64,000 nucleotides of DNA from Clostridia bacterium (lineage in GTDB: Bacteria; Bacillota; Clostridia; TANB77; CAG-508), in contig JAZUKI010000003.1 in the NCBI GenBank assembly GCA_045643205.1, positions 190,732 through 254,731 of the forward strand, in the 5' to 3' direction. Both the position numbers and the translations under genes were made by a program. Positions within the stretch are counted from its first letter, which is position 1; every line of letters starts with the position of its first letter. Below the pieces are notes generated by a model that saw only the letters and a list, made by a program, of their open reading frames with translations, had not been told where the DNA came from and ran no database searches. Below, in pieces: positions 27,671 through 37,407 of this stretch.

Positions 27671-28852
27671 ATGGCTGAAATACAAGATAATAAAGAACAA
27701 GAAAATGAAGAAAAAGTTCAACATAGTCTTGGTGAAGTAATTAAATTATTAAATCAACTTTCAAGTATTAATTTAACATATAAAACAACATCAATAGCAC
27801 TTCATACTAAACAAAAAATACAAGCAAAAAAAGAATTGCATGAGCAAGCAAAAGCTGATGCAGTTGTTATTTGTGCAAAATATAAACTTGGAAAAGAAGC
27901 AGAAGCAGAAGCAATAAAAGCAGTTACTGAAAAATATGATGAAGAACTTAAAAAAATTCAAGAAGAATATGATCAAGTAGCAACATCAAAGTCAGAAGAA
28001 CGTAGTAAAAATGAAAATGAATATGAAGATTTAGTAGTTAAAGAAGCAGAAACTAGAAAAGCATATAAAGAAACAAAGAAATCAAAAGAATATAAAGAAT
28101 ATTTAGAATTAAATAAAAAAATTGAAAAAGACGAAGAATTCTACAAAAACAACAAGTTTATTAAACCTGAAGTTGCTAGTGAAATGTTAAAAAAATTAGA
28201 GGAAATAAAAAATCAAAATCCTTTAAATGTTCATGTTGAAGAATTAAAGAAAATTGAAGAACGTAAAAAACAAATCAACAAAGAAAATAAAGAAATAGAT
28301 AGCGAATTAAAGGCTTTAGAAACAAATTTTGAAAAGGTTTGGGATGAATTAGATATTAATAAAAAACAAGCCTTAATAGAAACAAAAAATAAAGATTTAG
28401 TAAAACCAACATTAGCACAAAGATTATCAAATTTCTTTACAGGCCAAGGTAAAAGGATGGAAAAGGCTAAAACCGAGATAAAGGCAAAGACAGAAGAAAG
28501 AATTGAAGATTTCAAGGCATTTAGCAAAAATGTTGGAATGGGCATTGTTTTTAGAGCTAATAATGCTAAAGAAAAAGTTAAAGACGCGTATATACGTAAC
28601 AAAATCAATAGACGTGAAAGAATAAATGCATTATATGCAAAATTAACAGATAGTTATCAAACAAAGACTCAACAAATGGCAGAACTAAGAAGTTCAGAAA
28701 AGGAAAATGAAGTTCAAGATCAAGAAACAGAAAATGCTGTTGCTGGAGGAGTTCCGGTTCCAGAAGCAAAGGATCCTATTGCTGGAAATGATGCAAATAC
28801 CAAAGTTGAAACACCAAACAAACAAGATAAAAAAGATTTGGGAGATAGATAA
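27671..28852 (+). CDS. Coiled-coil hypothetical protein
   Basis: E/K-rich heptad pattern; ends ...QDKKDLGDR. Confidence 0.75.
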   Translation: MAEIQDNKEQENEEKVQHSLGEVIKLLNQLSSINLTYKTTSIALHTKQKIQAKKELHEQAKADAVVICAKYKLGKEAEAEAIKAVTEKYDEELKKIQEEYDQVATSKSEERSKNENEYEDLVVKEAETRKAYKETKKSKEYKEYLELNKKIEKDEEFYKNNKFIKPEVASEMLKKLEEIKNQNPLNVHVEELKKIEERKKQINKENKEIDSELKALETNFEKVWDELDINKKQALIETKNKDLVKPTLAQRLSNFFTGQGKRMEKAKTEIKAKTEERIEDFKAFSKNVGMGIVFRANNAKEKVKDAYIRNKINRRERINALYAKLTDSYQTKTQQMAELRSSEKENEVQDQETENAVAGGVPVPEAKDPIAGNDANTKVETPNKQDKKDLGDR

Positions 28853-28876
28853 GAAGAAAATAGAAAATAAAAAATA

Positions 28877-28908
28877 AAAAACTTTTGCTACAGGCAAAAG
28901 TTTTTTTG
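28877..28908 (+). terminator. Intrinsic terminator
   Basis: AAAAACTTTTGC-loop-GCAAAAGTTTTTTT. Confidence 0.7.
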
Positions 28909-29088
28909 TGCTTAAAATAATAAAAAACAAATGCAAAAATGAATTAAAATAATATAAAAAACGTATAAAAACAACATAAAAAAGATAAAAAAATAAGAAA
29001 CTAAAAAAGCAATAAAAAGTAGTAAAAATATAGCCAAAAATCATATAAAAATGTAACAAAAATGACTTATAAAAAAGGCTTAAAATTG

Positions 29089-29117
29089 TTGAAAGAATAG
29101 GGGTTTTATATTAAAAT
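29089..29117 (+). promoter_or_regulatory. Sigma-A-like promoter for the main T4SS-like operon
   Basis: TTGAAA-N17-TAAAAT upstream of the second pilin. Confidence 0.5.
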
Positions 29118-29146
29118 GGTAATGATAGAAAAATAGGAGAATTGTC

Positions 29147-29491
29147 ATGAAAAAAAGTAATAAAAAAATAATAAAAATTTTAATAGCATTAGCATTAATG
29201 TTAATGCTTGTATTATGCGGTACTACAACATTTGCAAATACATACCATGTAGACAATATAGAACCAACAAGTGTACCTTTTGCAGGAATAGTAATAACAG
29301 TAGTTCAATTTTGCTGTTATACAGCAGCTGTAATTTGGATAATGATTATGGGAATAAGATACATGTCAGCAGCACCAGATGGAAAAGCTGAAGTAAAGAA
29401 ACAAATGATGGCAGCTTTTATAGGAGGATGTATATTGTTTGGCGTAGGAACAATAATCAGAATTGTCGCAGATATAGCTACACAACTTTAA
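29147..29491 (+). CDS. TrbC/VirB2-like pilin (paralogue 2)
   Basis: VITVVQF.CY.AAV and GIRYMSAAPDGKAEVKK, closely similar to 26306. Confidence 0.8.
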   Translation: MKKSNKKIIKILIALALMLMLVLCGTTTFANTYHVDNIEPTSVPFAGIVITVVQFCCYTAAVIWIMIMGIRYMSAAPDGKAEVKKQMMAAFIGGCILFGVGTIIRIVADIATQL

Positions 29492-29618
29492 AGTATAGCA
29501 AATAGAGTAAAACAAAAAAGCAAAAAACAAAACAAATTAAATTAAAAATCAAGTAAAGCAAATAAATTTTAAATGCGAGCACAAAGAGGAATTGCGAGCA
29601 CAAATATGGAGGAATAAA

Positions 29619-30017
29619 ATGAGTAAATCAATTAGTAAAAAAATATTAATAGTATTAGCGATTATAGGAATCATAAGCGTTGTTTTTTCTACATCTATTT
29701 TTGCAACTGACCCTGTAGATACAGATATTTGGGGACAAGGCAGTAACTTTATAAAACAAGGAACGAGTGATAGTAAAATAACCTTTCCAAAAGTATGGGA
29801 AGAATTAAAACCAATTGCAAGAATTCTTATGGGAATAGGACTTGTAGTTTTAGTTTCTGTAGGATCTATATTAGGCGTGAAATACATGATGGCTGGAGCT
29901 GACGATAAAGCAAAAGTAAAACAAAGATTAGTATGGTTTTGCGTAGCAGCTGCACTTATAGTTGGGGCAACAGGAGTATTCAACATTGTAGTTAATGTAG
30001 CAAGCCAATTACAATAA
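29619..30017 (+). CDS. TrbC/VirB2-like pilin (paralogue 3)
   Basis: Signal peptide ending IFA; GVKYMMAGADDKAKVKQ between two TM helices; GGAGG RBS supports the ATG at 29619. Confidence 0.75.
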   Translation: MSKSISKKILIVLAIIGIISVVFSTSIFATDPVDTDIWGQGSNFIKQGTSDSKITFPKVWEELKPIARILMGIGLVVLVSVGSILGVKYMMAGADDKAKVKQRLVWFCVAAALIVGATGVFNIVVNVASQLQ

Positions 30018-30085
30018 TAAAACAATGATAAAAATAATTATAAAAACACAATAAGAAGAAGTTAATGGTTAACGAAGGAGGAAAT

Positions 30086-30514
30086 ATGGGAAGTTATTAT
30101 ATTCCTAGTAACAAGTTAAAAGGTGAATCAAGAATACTATATATCTTTACCGGAAAATCTTTAATATATACAGCAGCAGGCGGATTAATAGGCGGAATAT
30201 TTTATCTAATATTTGGAGCAATCGGAATGTCAACTGTTGGAATCATTATTATGGCTCTTTTAGCTTTGATAGGATTTTCAATTGCAACATTCAAAGTTCC
30301 AAACGTAGGAAATTCAAAAATCTCTAAGAATGTTGGTGGAGATAATATTGATGAAATAATAAAAAATTATTTTCTTTTTAGCCAAAATAAAAAAGTTTAT
30401 TCATACGCTATTCCAAGAAAAGAAAAGAAAGAAGAAGCAACACAAGAGAAAAAGATTGCAGGATTTAATGTTAATTTGGGAATGGGAGAAAAGAACAAAG
30501 GAGGAATAAGATAA
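30086..30514 (+). CDS. PrgI/VirB3-like membrane protein
   Basis: YYIP...GESRILYIFT.K.L followed by two TM helices; positioned ahead of VirB4. Confidence 0.65.
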   Translation: MGSYYIPSNKLKGESRILYIFTGKSLIYTAAGGLIGGIFYLIFGAIGMSTVGIIIMALLALIGFSIATFKVPNVGNSKISKNVGGDNIDEIIKNYFLFSQNKKVYSYAIPRKEKKEEATQEKKIAGFNVNLGMGEKNKGGIR

Positions 30515-30515
30515 A

Positions 30516-31718
30516 ATGGATAATATTCAACTATTAAACTTAATTTTAATCATTGTTATTGTCGTTTTAGTAGCACTAGGAGCAATAGCATTACTATTAA
30601 TTTATAGAATGAAAAATAAAGAAAATGCTGAGAAAAAAGAACAAGAAGAACAAATATCAGCAAAAGATGGTGGTTCTAAAAAAATTCCTCCTACAGCAAT
30701 GACAAGAAATGGAATAGGAATAAAATCTATTTATGATTTCATGGAATTTGATGAAGTTAAAGATGGAATGATTGTTAGAAAAAATCATAAACAATACGTA
30801 ATGGTAATTGATTGCAGAGGTATCAACTATGATTTACTTTCTGAAGTTGAAAAAGAAGGTGTTGAAGCAGCTTTCATTGAGATGCTTAACACATTAAGAT
30901 TCCCAGTTCAATTATATGTTCAAACAAGAACATTAAATTTAAATAATATTTTAAATGAATATAAAAAGAAAACTGATGATTTATCAAATCAAATTACTAG
31001 ATTAATTTCACAAGCAAGACAAGCAAGAGATCAAGGTAATGCGAAAGTTTATGACAGAATAACTTTTGAAATAAAGAGAAAACAAAATATTCTTGAATAT
31101 GGTGAATCACTTGAAGATTACACAGCAAGAATTAATGAAAATAAAAATATTCTTCAACAAAAAACATATTTAATTATTTCATATTATCCTTCTGAACAAG
31201 GTGATATTAGTAAATATTCAGCAGAAGAATTAGTGGATATTGCTTTTAATGAATTATATACAAGAGCTCAAACATTAATTGGAGCTTTATCATCAGCTGA
31301 TGTTGTTGGAAAAGTTATGAGTTCTGAAGAGCTAGCTGAATTATTGTATGTTGCATATAACAGAGATGCTGCAGAAAGTTTCACATTAAGAGATGCAATC
31401 AATTCAGATTATACAAGATTATATTCTACAGCAAGAGATGTTTTAAAAGAGAAGAAGAAGAGAATAGAAGCTCAAGTTGAACAAGCTGCTGCACAACTTG
31501 CATCACAAAGTTTAATTAAAGCAGATAATGATATTAGAACTGAAAGAGCAAATAGAGTAAAACAAATTAAAGAAAAAGCAAAAGAAATGGTAGATGAATA
31601 TAGAGATGATATTAGTAAGCCATTATATGAAAGAACACAAAAGGCAATAGATGATTCAGACGCAGAGAAAATTTTAAGAGAAACAGAAGAGATAGCTGAA
31701 TCTCAAGGAAATAACTAA
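30516..31718 (+). CDS. T4SS component resembling a VirB4 N-terminal/partner domain, membrane-anchored
   Basis: GINYDLLSE.EK...FIEMLNTLRFPVQLYVQTR motif typical of the gene between PrgI and VirB4. Confidence 0.6.
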   Translation: MDNIQLLNLILIIVIVVLVALGAIALLLIYRMKNKENAEKKEQEEQISAKDGGSKKIPPTAMTRNGIGIKSIYDFMEFDEVKDGMIVRKNHKQYVMVIDCRGINYDLLSEVEKEGVEAAFIEMLNTLRFPVQLYVQTRTLNLNNILNEYKKKTDDLSNQITRLISQARQARDQGNAKVYDRITFEIKRKQNILEYGESLEDYTARINENKNILQQKTYLIISYYPSEQGDISKYSAEELVDIAFNELYTRAQTLIGALSSADVVGKVMSSEELAELLYVAYNRDAAESFTLRDAINSDYTRLYSTARDVLKEKKKRIEAQVEQAAAQLASQSLIKADNDIRTERANRVKQIKEKAKEMVDEYRDDISKPLYERTQKAIDDSDAEKILRETEEIAESQGNN

Positions 31719-31736
31719 AGAGGAGGAATTAAGTAG

Positions 31737-33743
31737 ATGAAAAATAATAGCGTAACAAAAAACTCAGCAACAACACAAATAAAAGCAAATACAGAAACTA
31801 ACAAAATTAAAAGTAATCAAAAAGATTTAAAAGACTTAATTGCACCTTCAGGAATTGATGCCACAAGTACAAATCACATAGAAATTTTTGCAAACACAAA
31901 TAAGTATGCAAGAACAATGATGATTTCTACTTTACCAAGAATGTGTACATTCCCTCTTTTATTAAGATCAATGTATGACTTTGGTGATATCAATGTTTCA
32001 GTTTTTATTAATCCAGTAAGTGAATCAAAATCACAAAATGATTTAAATAAAACTATCAATGAACTTGAATCTGAAAGAATTGTTGCAGCTGATAGAGGAA
32101 ATATTAACAGAGAAAGTTTGTTAGCACAAAAGAGAGCAGAAGCAGAAGAATTAAGAGATGCTATTGCTAGTGGTCTTGATAAATTATTTGAAGCATCTGT
32201 TATGTGTACAATTTTTGCATATAACATGGATGAACTAGACAGACAATCAGAATTACTTTCTTCAGAAATGGCAAAAACATTAACAGGAGTAAAAACAGCA
32301 TGGGCATTACAAGAAGATGCATTTAAATCTAATTTACCATTCAATGAAGATAAGATTGGTAAAAAACATTTATTTGATCGTAAATCTATGGGAACTGTTT
32401 TCCCATTCATTAATGCAGATGTAGGACATGAAAATGGTATTCCTTTAGGATTTAATAGACAAACAGGATTACCAATTTTATATGATAACTTTAGTCCAAC
32501 ATTAAGTAATTATAACATGGTTGTATTCGGTAAGTCTGGTGCTGGTAAAGGTGTTACTATTAAAACATTAATTGCAAGAAGTGCAGTTTTAATGGGAATT
32601 GAAACATTAGCACTTGATGCTGAAGGCGAATATGGGGTTGTTGCTGATGCATTAGGAGGATTAAATGTTCAAATTTCACCATCTTCAAATACAATTATTA
32701 ATCCATTTGATGTTGAACCAGAAATAACAAAGGATGAAATTACAGGTAGAGAATCTGCAACATTAAATGTTGAAAATAAAATCGAGGATGTTACTCAAGT
32801 ATTGTTAACAATGGCTAGAGGATCAACAAGAACTGCAGATGTTAATGAAGTTACAAAACAAATTATTGCTGAAGCAGCAGCTGAAGAATATGCTTCATTA
32901 GGTATTACAAATGATGTAAATAGTTTGTACACTAACAATAAAACAAGAGAAGGAGCAGTAAATACAAATTTAGGAAGAAAGAGAAAACCAATGCCTACAA
33001 TTGGCTCTTGGTACAGAAGAATTCTTCTTAATGCAAATCAAAATCAAAACCCTGATTATAGAATTCATTACAGTTACTTAACAAAAGTTATGAGACAGTA
33101 TGTTAAGGAATATAATGGACAAATGGCATATTTTGATGGTCAATCAACTTTTGATTTATTAGAAGGAACAACATTTATTAACTTAGATATTTCTCAACTA
33201 GAAGAAAGATTTGCAAGACCACTTGCACAACAAATTTTACTTTCTTGGATTTGGGAAAAATATGTTAAGAAAAATTCAGAAGATAAATCTAAAGCAGGAA
33301 AGAAGAGAGTTTTAGTTGATGAAGCTTGGATGTTATTACCTTTCCCTGAAGCTGTAGATTTCTTAAATAAAATGGCTAGACGTGCTAGAAAGAGAAATGT
33401 TTCTCTAGCAGTTGTTTCACAAAGATTCCAAGATTTTTATGAAAAATCAGAAGTTCAAGCTGTTTTAACATCATCAGATACAAAATTGTTCTTAGCTCAA
33501 GATAGATCAGAAATTCAATATATTAAAGAAGTATTTAAATTAAGTAGTGGTGAAGCAAATTTCTTAACTACTTGTGGTAGAGGTCAAGGATTATTCAAAG
33601 TAGGAGATCAAACAGCTATTATTGAAATTAGACCAACTAAGAAAGAATTTGAATTTATTGATACAAACATAAATAATATTAAAGCTAGAGAAATTCAAGA
33701 ACGAGAAGATTCTGATGAAGAATCAATTGAATATGATGAGTAA
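31737..33743 (+). CDS. virB4: VirB4-like type IV secretion ATPase
   Basis: Walker A GKSGAGKG, LDAEGEY, INPFD, Walker B VLVDEAW and RRARKRN....VSQ. Confidence 0.9.
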   Translation: MKNNSVTKNSATTQIKANTETNKIKSNQKDLKDLIAPSGIDATSTNHIEIFANTNKYARTMMISTLPRMCTFPLLLRSMYDFGDINVSVFINPVSESKSQNDLNKTINELESERIVAADRGNINRESLLAQKRAEAEELRDAIASGLDKLFEASVMCTIFAYNMDELDRQSELLSSEMAKTLTGVKTAWALQEDAFKSNLPFNEDKIGKKHLFDRKSMGTVFPFINADVGHENGIPLGFNRQTGLPILYDNFSPTLSNYNMVVFGKSGAGKGVTIKTLIARSAVLMGIETLALDAEGEYGVVADALGGLNVQISPSSNTIINPFDVEPEITKDEITGRESATLNVENKIEDVTQVLLTMARGSTRTADVNEVTKQIIAEAAAEEYASLGITNDVNSLYTNNKTREGAVNTNLGRKRKPMPTIGSWYRRILLNANQNQNPDYRIHYSYLTKVMRQYVKEYNGQMAYFDGQSTFDLLEGTTFINLDISQLEERFARPLAQQILLSWIWEKYVKKNSEDKSKAGKKRVLVDEAWMLLPFPEAVDFLNKMARRARKRNVSLAVVSQRFQDFYEKSEVQAVLTSSDTKLFLAQDRSEIQYIKEVFKLSSGEANFLTTCGRGQGLFKVGDQTAIIEIRPTKKEFEFIDTNINNIKAREIQEREDSDEESIEYDE

Positions 33744-33812
33744 TCAATTAAAAATAAAAAAAACGAGACAAAAGAAAAAATGAAAAAACATGAATTAAAG
33801 AAAGGAGGCAGT

Positions 33813-35087
33813 ATGCTTAAGAAAATATTCACGACAATAGTAATGATTTTATTAATACTATATGTATGTTCTCAAAAAACAGATGCTGCCAACTTTCAAA
33901 AATATAAAGAAGTTAGTTTTAATGATATAGGTGTTGTAAAAGTAGCCGAAGATAATGAGAGTAGTGAAAGTATAGAAGAATTACAAAAACATACAAATGA
34001 GCAACAAGCTAATTCAATGATGGAAAATGGAACTGCAACAACTTATCCAGATGGTGGCAGAACAAATCAACCTAATATAGGAACAACCCAAATTTTCACA
34101 GAAGCAACTACTGCTATCGTTGGTTTCTTTGTTTATGTAATAACAATTGGAGTAATTAGTCCATTTTTAGCAGCTATAGCTAATGGAAATGGAGTGGAAT
34201 TCTGGAATGCAAATGTAGCAAATGGTGATTGGTTTTTTAATGTAGGAAAGGTACTTACAAACCAATATGAATTATTTAATATTTCATATTTGATTGGTGG
34301 AGAACCTACAAAATCTGAAGTTAAAACAATGATGGTTGATGGCTTTCAAAAAGAAATACCAGGTTGGTATGTTGGAGTAAGAAATTTAGCATTAGCATTA
34401 AGTATTGTTGCTTTAATTTATATCGGAATAAGAACGGCTGTTTCTGTAGTGGCAGATGAAAAAGCAAAATACAAAAAAATGTTCATCGGTTGGATCGAAG
34501 GAATTATATTGATGTTTGTAATGCAATATATAATATTTGCTGCTATTCAAGTTAACAATTTAATAGTTAATATAATTACTGAAGCTGGCGAAGTAAAAGA
34601 TCGGACTGTTTGGATTTTTGAGTTTATGACACAAGCAAATTGTGGAACATTAATGTGGAGTAGCATGGGTGAAAGAATAGTTTATTCTATACTACTAATT
34701 GCATTAACTATGATTCAAATTAAGTTCTTTGTATTTTATTTTCAAAGAGTATTAAGAGTTGCTTTATATATTATTATTTCTCCATTAGTTTGTATGACTT
34801 ATGCAATAGATAAAGCAGGTGATGGAAAAGCTCAAGGTTTCAACAATTGGTTTAAAGAATTTATGATGACAATTTTTATTCAACCAATTCATTTAATAAT
34901 TTATGTTGTATTTGTATATACAGCAGGTTTTATAGCAATAGAATTTCCTGTTTTAGGTGTAATGTTCTTATTATTACTTGATCAAAGTGAAAAATTAATA
35001 AAGAGAATGTTTAATGTTTCACCAAAGGGTAAGAAGTTAAATGATATTAAACCTATGAAAACGGTTAAGAAAGCTGTAGGTGCATAG
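33813..35087 (+). CDS. VirB6/TrbL-like polytopic membrane protein (paralogue 1)
   Basis: WY..VRN...IYIGIR...KAKYK and ISPLV..TYAIDK.GDGKAQ..NNWFKEF...IQPIH. Confidence 0.65.
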   Translation: MLKKIFTTIVMILLILYVCSQKTDAANFQKYKEVSFNDIGVVKVAEDNESSESIEELQKHTNEQQANSMMENGTATTYPDGGRTNQPNIGTTQIFTEATTAIVGFFVYVITIGVISPFLAAIANGNGVEFWNANVANGDWFFNVGKVLTNQYELFNISYLIGGEPTKSEVKTMMVDGFQKEIPGWYVGVRNLALALSIVALIYIGIRTAVSVVADEKAKYKKMFIGWIEGIILMFVMQYIIFAAIQVNNLIVNIITEAGEVKDRTVWIFEFMTQANCGTLMWSSMGERIVYSILLIALTMIQIKFFVFYFQRVLRVALYIIISPLVCMTYAIDKAGDGKAQGFNNWFKEFMMTIFIQPIHLIIYVVFVYTAGFIAIEFPVLGVMFLLLLDQSEKLIKRMFNVSPKGKKLNDIKPMKTVKKAVGA

Positions 35088-35088
35088 T

Positions 35089-36294
35089 ATGAATAAAAAA
35101 AAGTGGAAGAAAGTTTTTAAAATTGTTGGAATTATTTTAGTGGTCTTGATAGTAATTGCTTTAATTAATTTTATTAGAAAAAAGAATTCAAAGCATACGA
35201 AGATAGATGATTTTGTAAATTTGAAAGAATTAGTAGAATACGTAGGCGGTACTTATTATAAAACTACAAGTTCTGAGGAAGATGGATTTGAAGGAGATTA
35301 TTATATAAAATTTCCAGTAGATCCAGTTAATGAAGATATGCTTGTATCTAATAAAGCAAGATATGAAAACATTATATTATCAATGGAAGAATATCTAAAA
35401 TACAAAAACATAAGAATTATAGATGAATCTAGAAAATTAGTTATTAGAACAACTGGAAATAAAGATAAACAAAGTGTTAGTTATACAATTAATGGAAACA
35501 CTGGGTATTTTGAAAAGAAAATAGCAACACTTCAAGTTGAAAAAAACAAAGAAAAAATTTCTAATTTTAAAATAACTTCACCTGAATTAAATTCAATAAT
35601 AAATGTTAATTGGGTAAGAAGAAATGCTTCATTAGGATCAATAGATGAATCCATAAGTAATGATTCTAGTTATGATAAATATATAGATGAAGGTTATAGT
35701 ACAAAAGTTATTGGAACAAAGATATATAACATAATATTTAATAGTAATTATAAAAAGGATGTTATAGAAAGTATTAAGCCTGGAATGTCAATTAATGAAG
35801 TTGTTTCAATTCTAGGTGAACCTACTTATAAAGAAGTTTCAGATATTAATAATTGTGAATATATTGGATACAAATTAAGTTCATGTTATGTATTTTTCTC
35901 AGATGTAATATCTGTTTATCCAGTTAGTGAATTTGATGCAGATAAAAATAATCAATTTGCTGAAGCTGTTTCAGAGTTTGAAAAAAGTGGATCAAAAACT
36001 GATTTTATGAAAAAAGTTACAGAAATTTATCCTAACTATAATGAACTTAATACAAATACAATAGAAAACAAGAACTATACTAAAATTGATTATACATTAT
36101 ATGGATTCACTATTGTTTTAAGCGATGAATATAACAAAATAATTATTTACAACAATTATCAAGGAAAAATAGATAATAATTTAAATGTTGATGAACTTAA
36201 ATTAGGATTGAAGTCTTCATTGTTAGTAGAAACAAGATTTCATGAAAGTTCTTTAGAATATCAAGAGGCTGAAAGAGTAGAAGGCAGTAAATAA
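35089..36294 (+). CDS. Hypothetical membrane-anchored protein in the T4SS-like locus
   Basis: Single N-terminal TM helix; IKPGMS..EV..ILGEP motif. Confidence 0.7.
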   Translation: MNKKKWKKVFKIVGIILVVLIVIALINFIRKKNSKHTKIDDFVNLKELVEYVGGTYYKTTSSEEDGFEGDYYIKFPVDPVNEDMLVSNKARYENIILSMEEYLKYKNIRIIDESRKLVIRTTGNKDKQSVSYTINGNTGYFEKKIATLQVEKNKEKISNFKITSPELNSIINVNWVRRNASLGSIDESISNDSSYDKYIDEGYSTKVIGTKIYNIIFNSNYKKDVIESIKPGMSINEVVSILGEPTYKEVSDINNCEYIGYKLSSCYVFFSDVISVYPVSEFDADKNNQFAEAVSEFEKSGSKTDFMKKVTEIYPNYNELNTNTIENKNYTKIDYTLYGFTIVLSDEYNKIIIYNNYQGKIDNNLNVDELKLGLKSSLLVETRFHESSLEYQEAERVEGSK

Positions 36295-36314
36295 TAGCAA
36301 AGAAAGGAAAAAAC

Positions 36315-37367
36315 ATGAAAACAAAATTAAAAAGATGTTTAGTAGTATTAATAATATTAGTAACATATTTTTGCATAGTAGATCATAGTTTTATTGGAAA
36401 TAAAATCTTTGCAGGATTTGTTGTGCCAAAAGTTTATGCCGATAGTCCATATGAAGATGATGAAGAACAAACTACTATTAGTGATGATGAGTTTAAAGCT
36501 GAAATAGTTAGAATTGCAAGAGAGATTGCTGCTGATACATATGTACCTAGATTTTCTAATCCTAACAATCAAATAAGTAAACCTTATACTTATCAATGGG
36601 GCGGAGATGGATATAGAAATCAAGGCAAGAGTGGAACATATTACACAGTATATGATTGTAGAGGTTTGGTTTCAGCTTCAATTAGATATGCTGCAAAAGA
36701 AAACAATTTAAGTGATAATCTTAAAAATTTATATATAGGTTCTACATCAACACAATATCATGATATACAAAACCTTTTTGGATGTCATAAATTAACAAGT
36801 GAGAGTGAATTAGAACCTGGAGATATATTATGGCGAAAAAGTCATACAGAGATATTCTTTAGAAAAGGTAGTGAGGCAATGCAAGTTGGAGCATGTCAAA
36901 CTTCAAAGGAATTCCATAAAGCTGCAAAATATGGAGGCGATTATGGTACATGTGAACCAACAGAATCTATTAAAGAATACAAATTTCAAGGTGTAGAAAA
37001 ATGGGAAGCATATTTTAGATATGGAACAACATCAGATTATGAACCTAGAGGTTATATAGATGCAGCAGGTGCAGATGATGAAGAAGGCTATTTAGGATCA
37101 GGCAATTATTATATAGGACCTGTTGATAAAGAAGCAAAGTTGGATGAGCAAGTATTTGAATTTCAAGGTAACCCACAAAGCGTTATATATGATGAAGCAG
37201 AATCTATTGGATTATGGTTATTCAAATTACTTAGTCAATTTTTAGATTATATAACAGGATTATTAGTAAGTTTATTAGTAAATCCTATAATGCAAGCTTT
37301 GAATGCTATTGTTAATTTTCTTACAAATTTTATAAATAGAATTTCAGGACTTGAAACAGGAACATAA
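36315..37367 (+). CDS. NlpC/P60-like cell-wall peptidase with a hydrophobic C-terminal segment
   Basis: YQWGG, DCRGLV and LEPGDIL....HTEIF; signal peptide. Confidence 0.7.
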   Translation: MKTKLKRCLVVLIILVTYFCIVDHSFIGNKIFAGFVVPKVYADSPYEDDEEQTTISDDEFKAEIVRIAREIAADTYVPRFSNPNNQISKPYTYQWGGDGYRNQGKSGTYYTVYDCRGLVSASIRYAAKENNLSDNLKNLYIGSTSTQYHDIQNLFGCHKLTSESELEPGDILWRKSHTEIFFRKGSEAMQVGACQTSKEFHKAAKYGGDYGTCEPTESIKEYKFQGVEKWEAYFRYGTTSDYEPRGYIDAAGADDEEGYLGSGNYYIGPVDKEAKLDEQVFEFQGNPQSVIYDEAESIGLWLFKLLSQFLDYITGLLVSLLVNPIMQALNAIVNFLTNFINRISGLETGT

Positions 37368-37407
37368 ATAAAAAAAGTAAGTAAAAAATATAAAGAAAGG
37401 AATTTTT

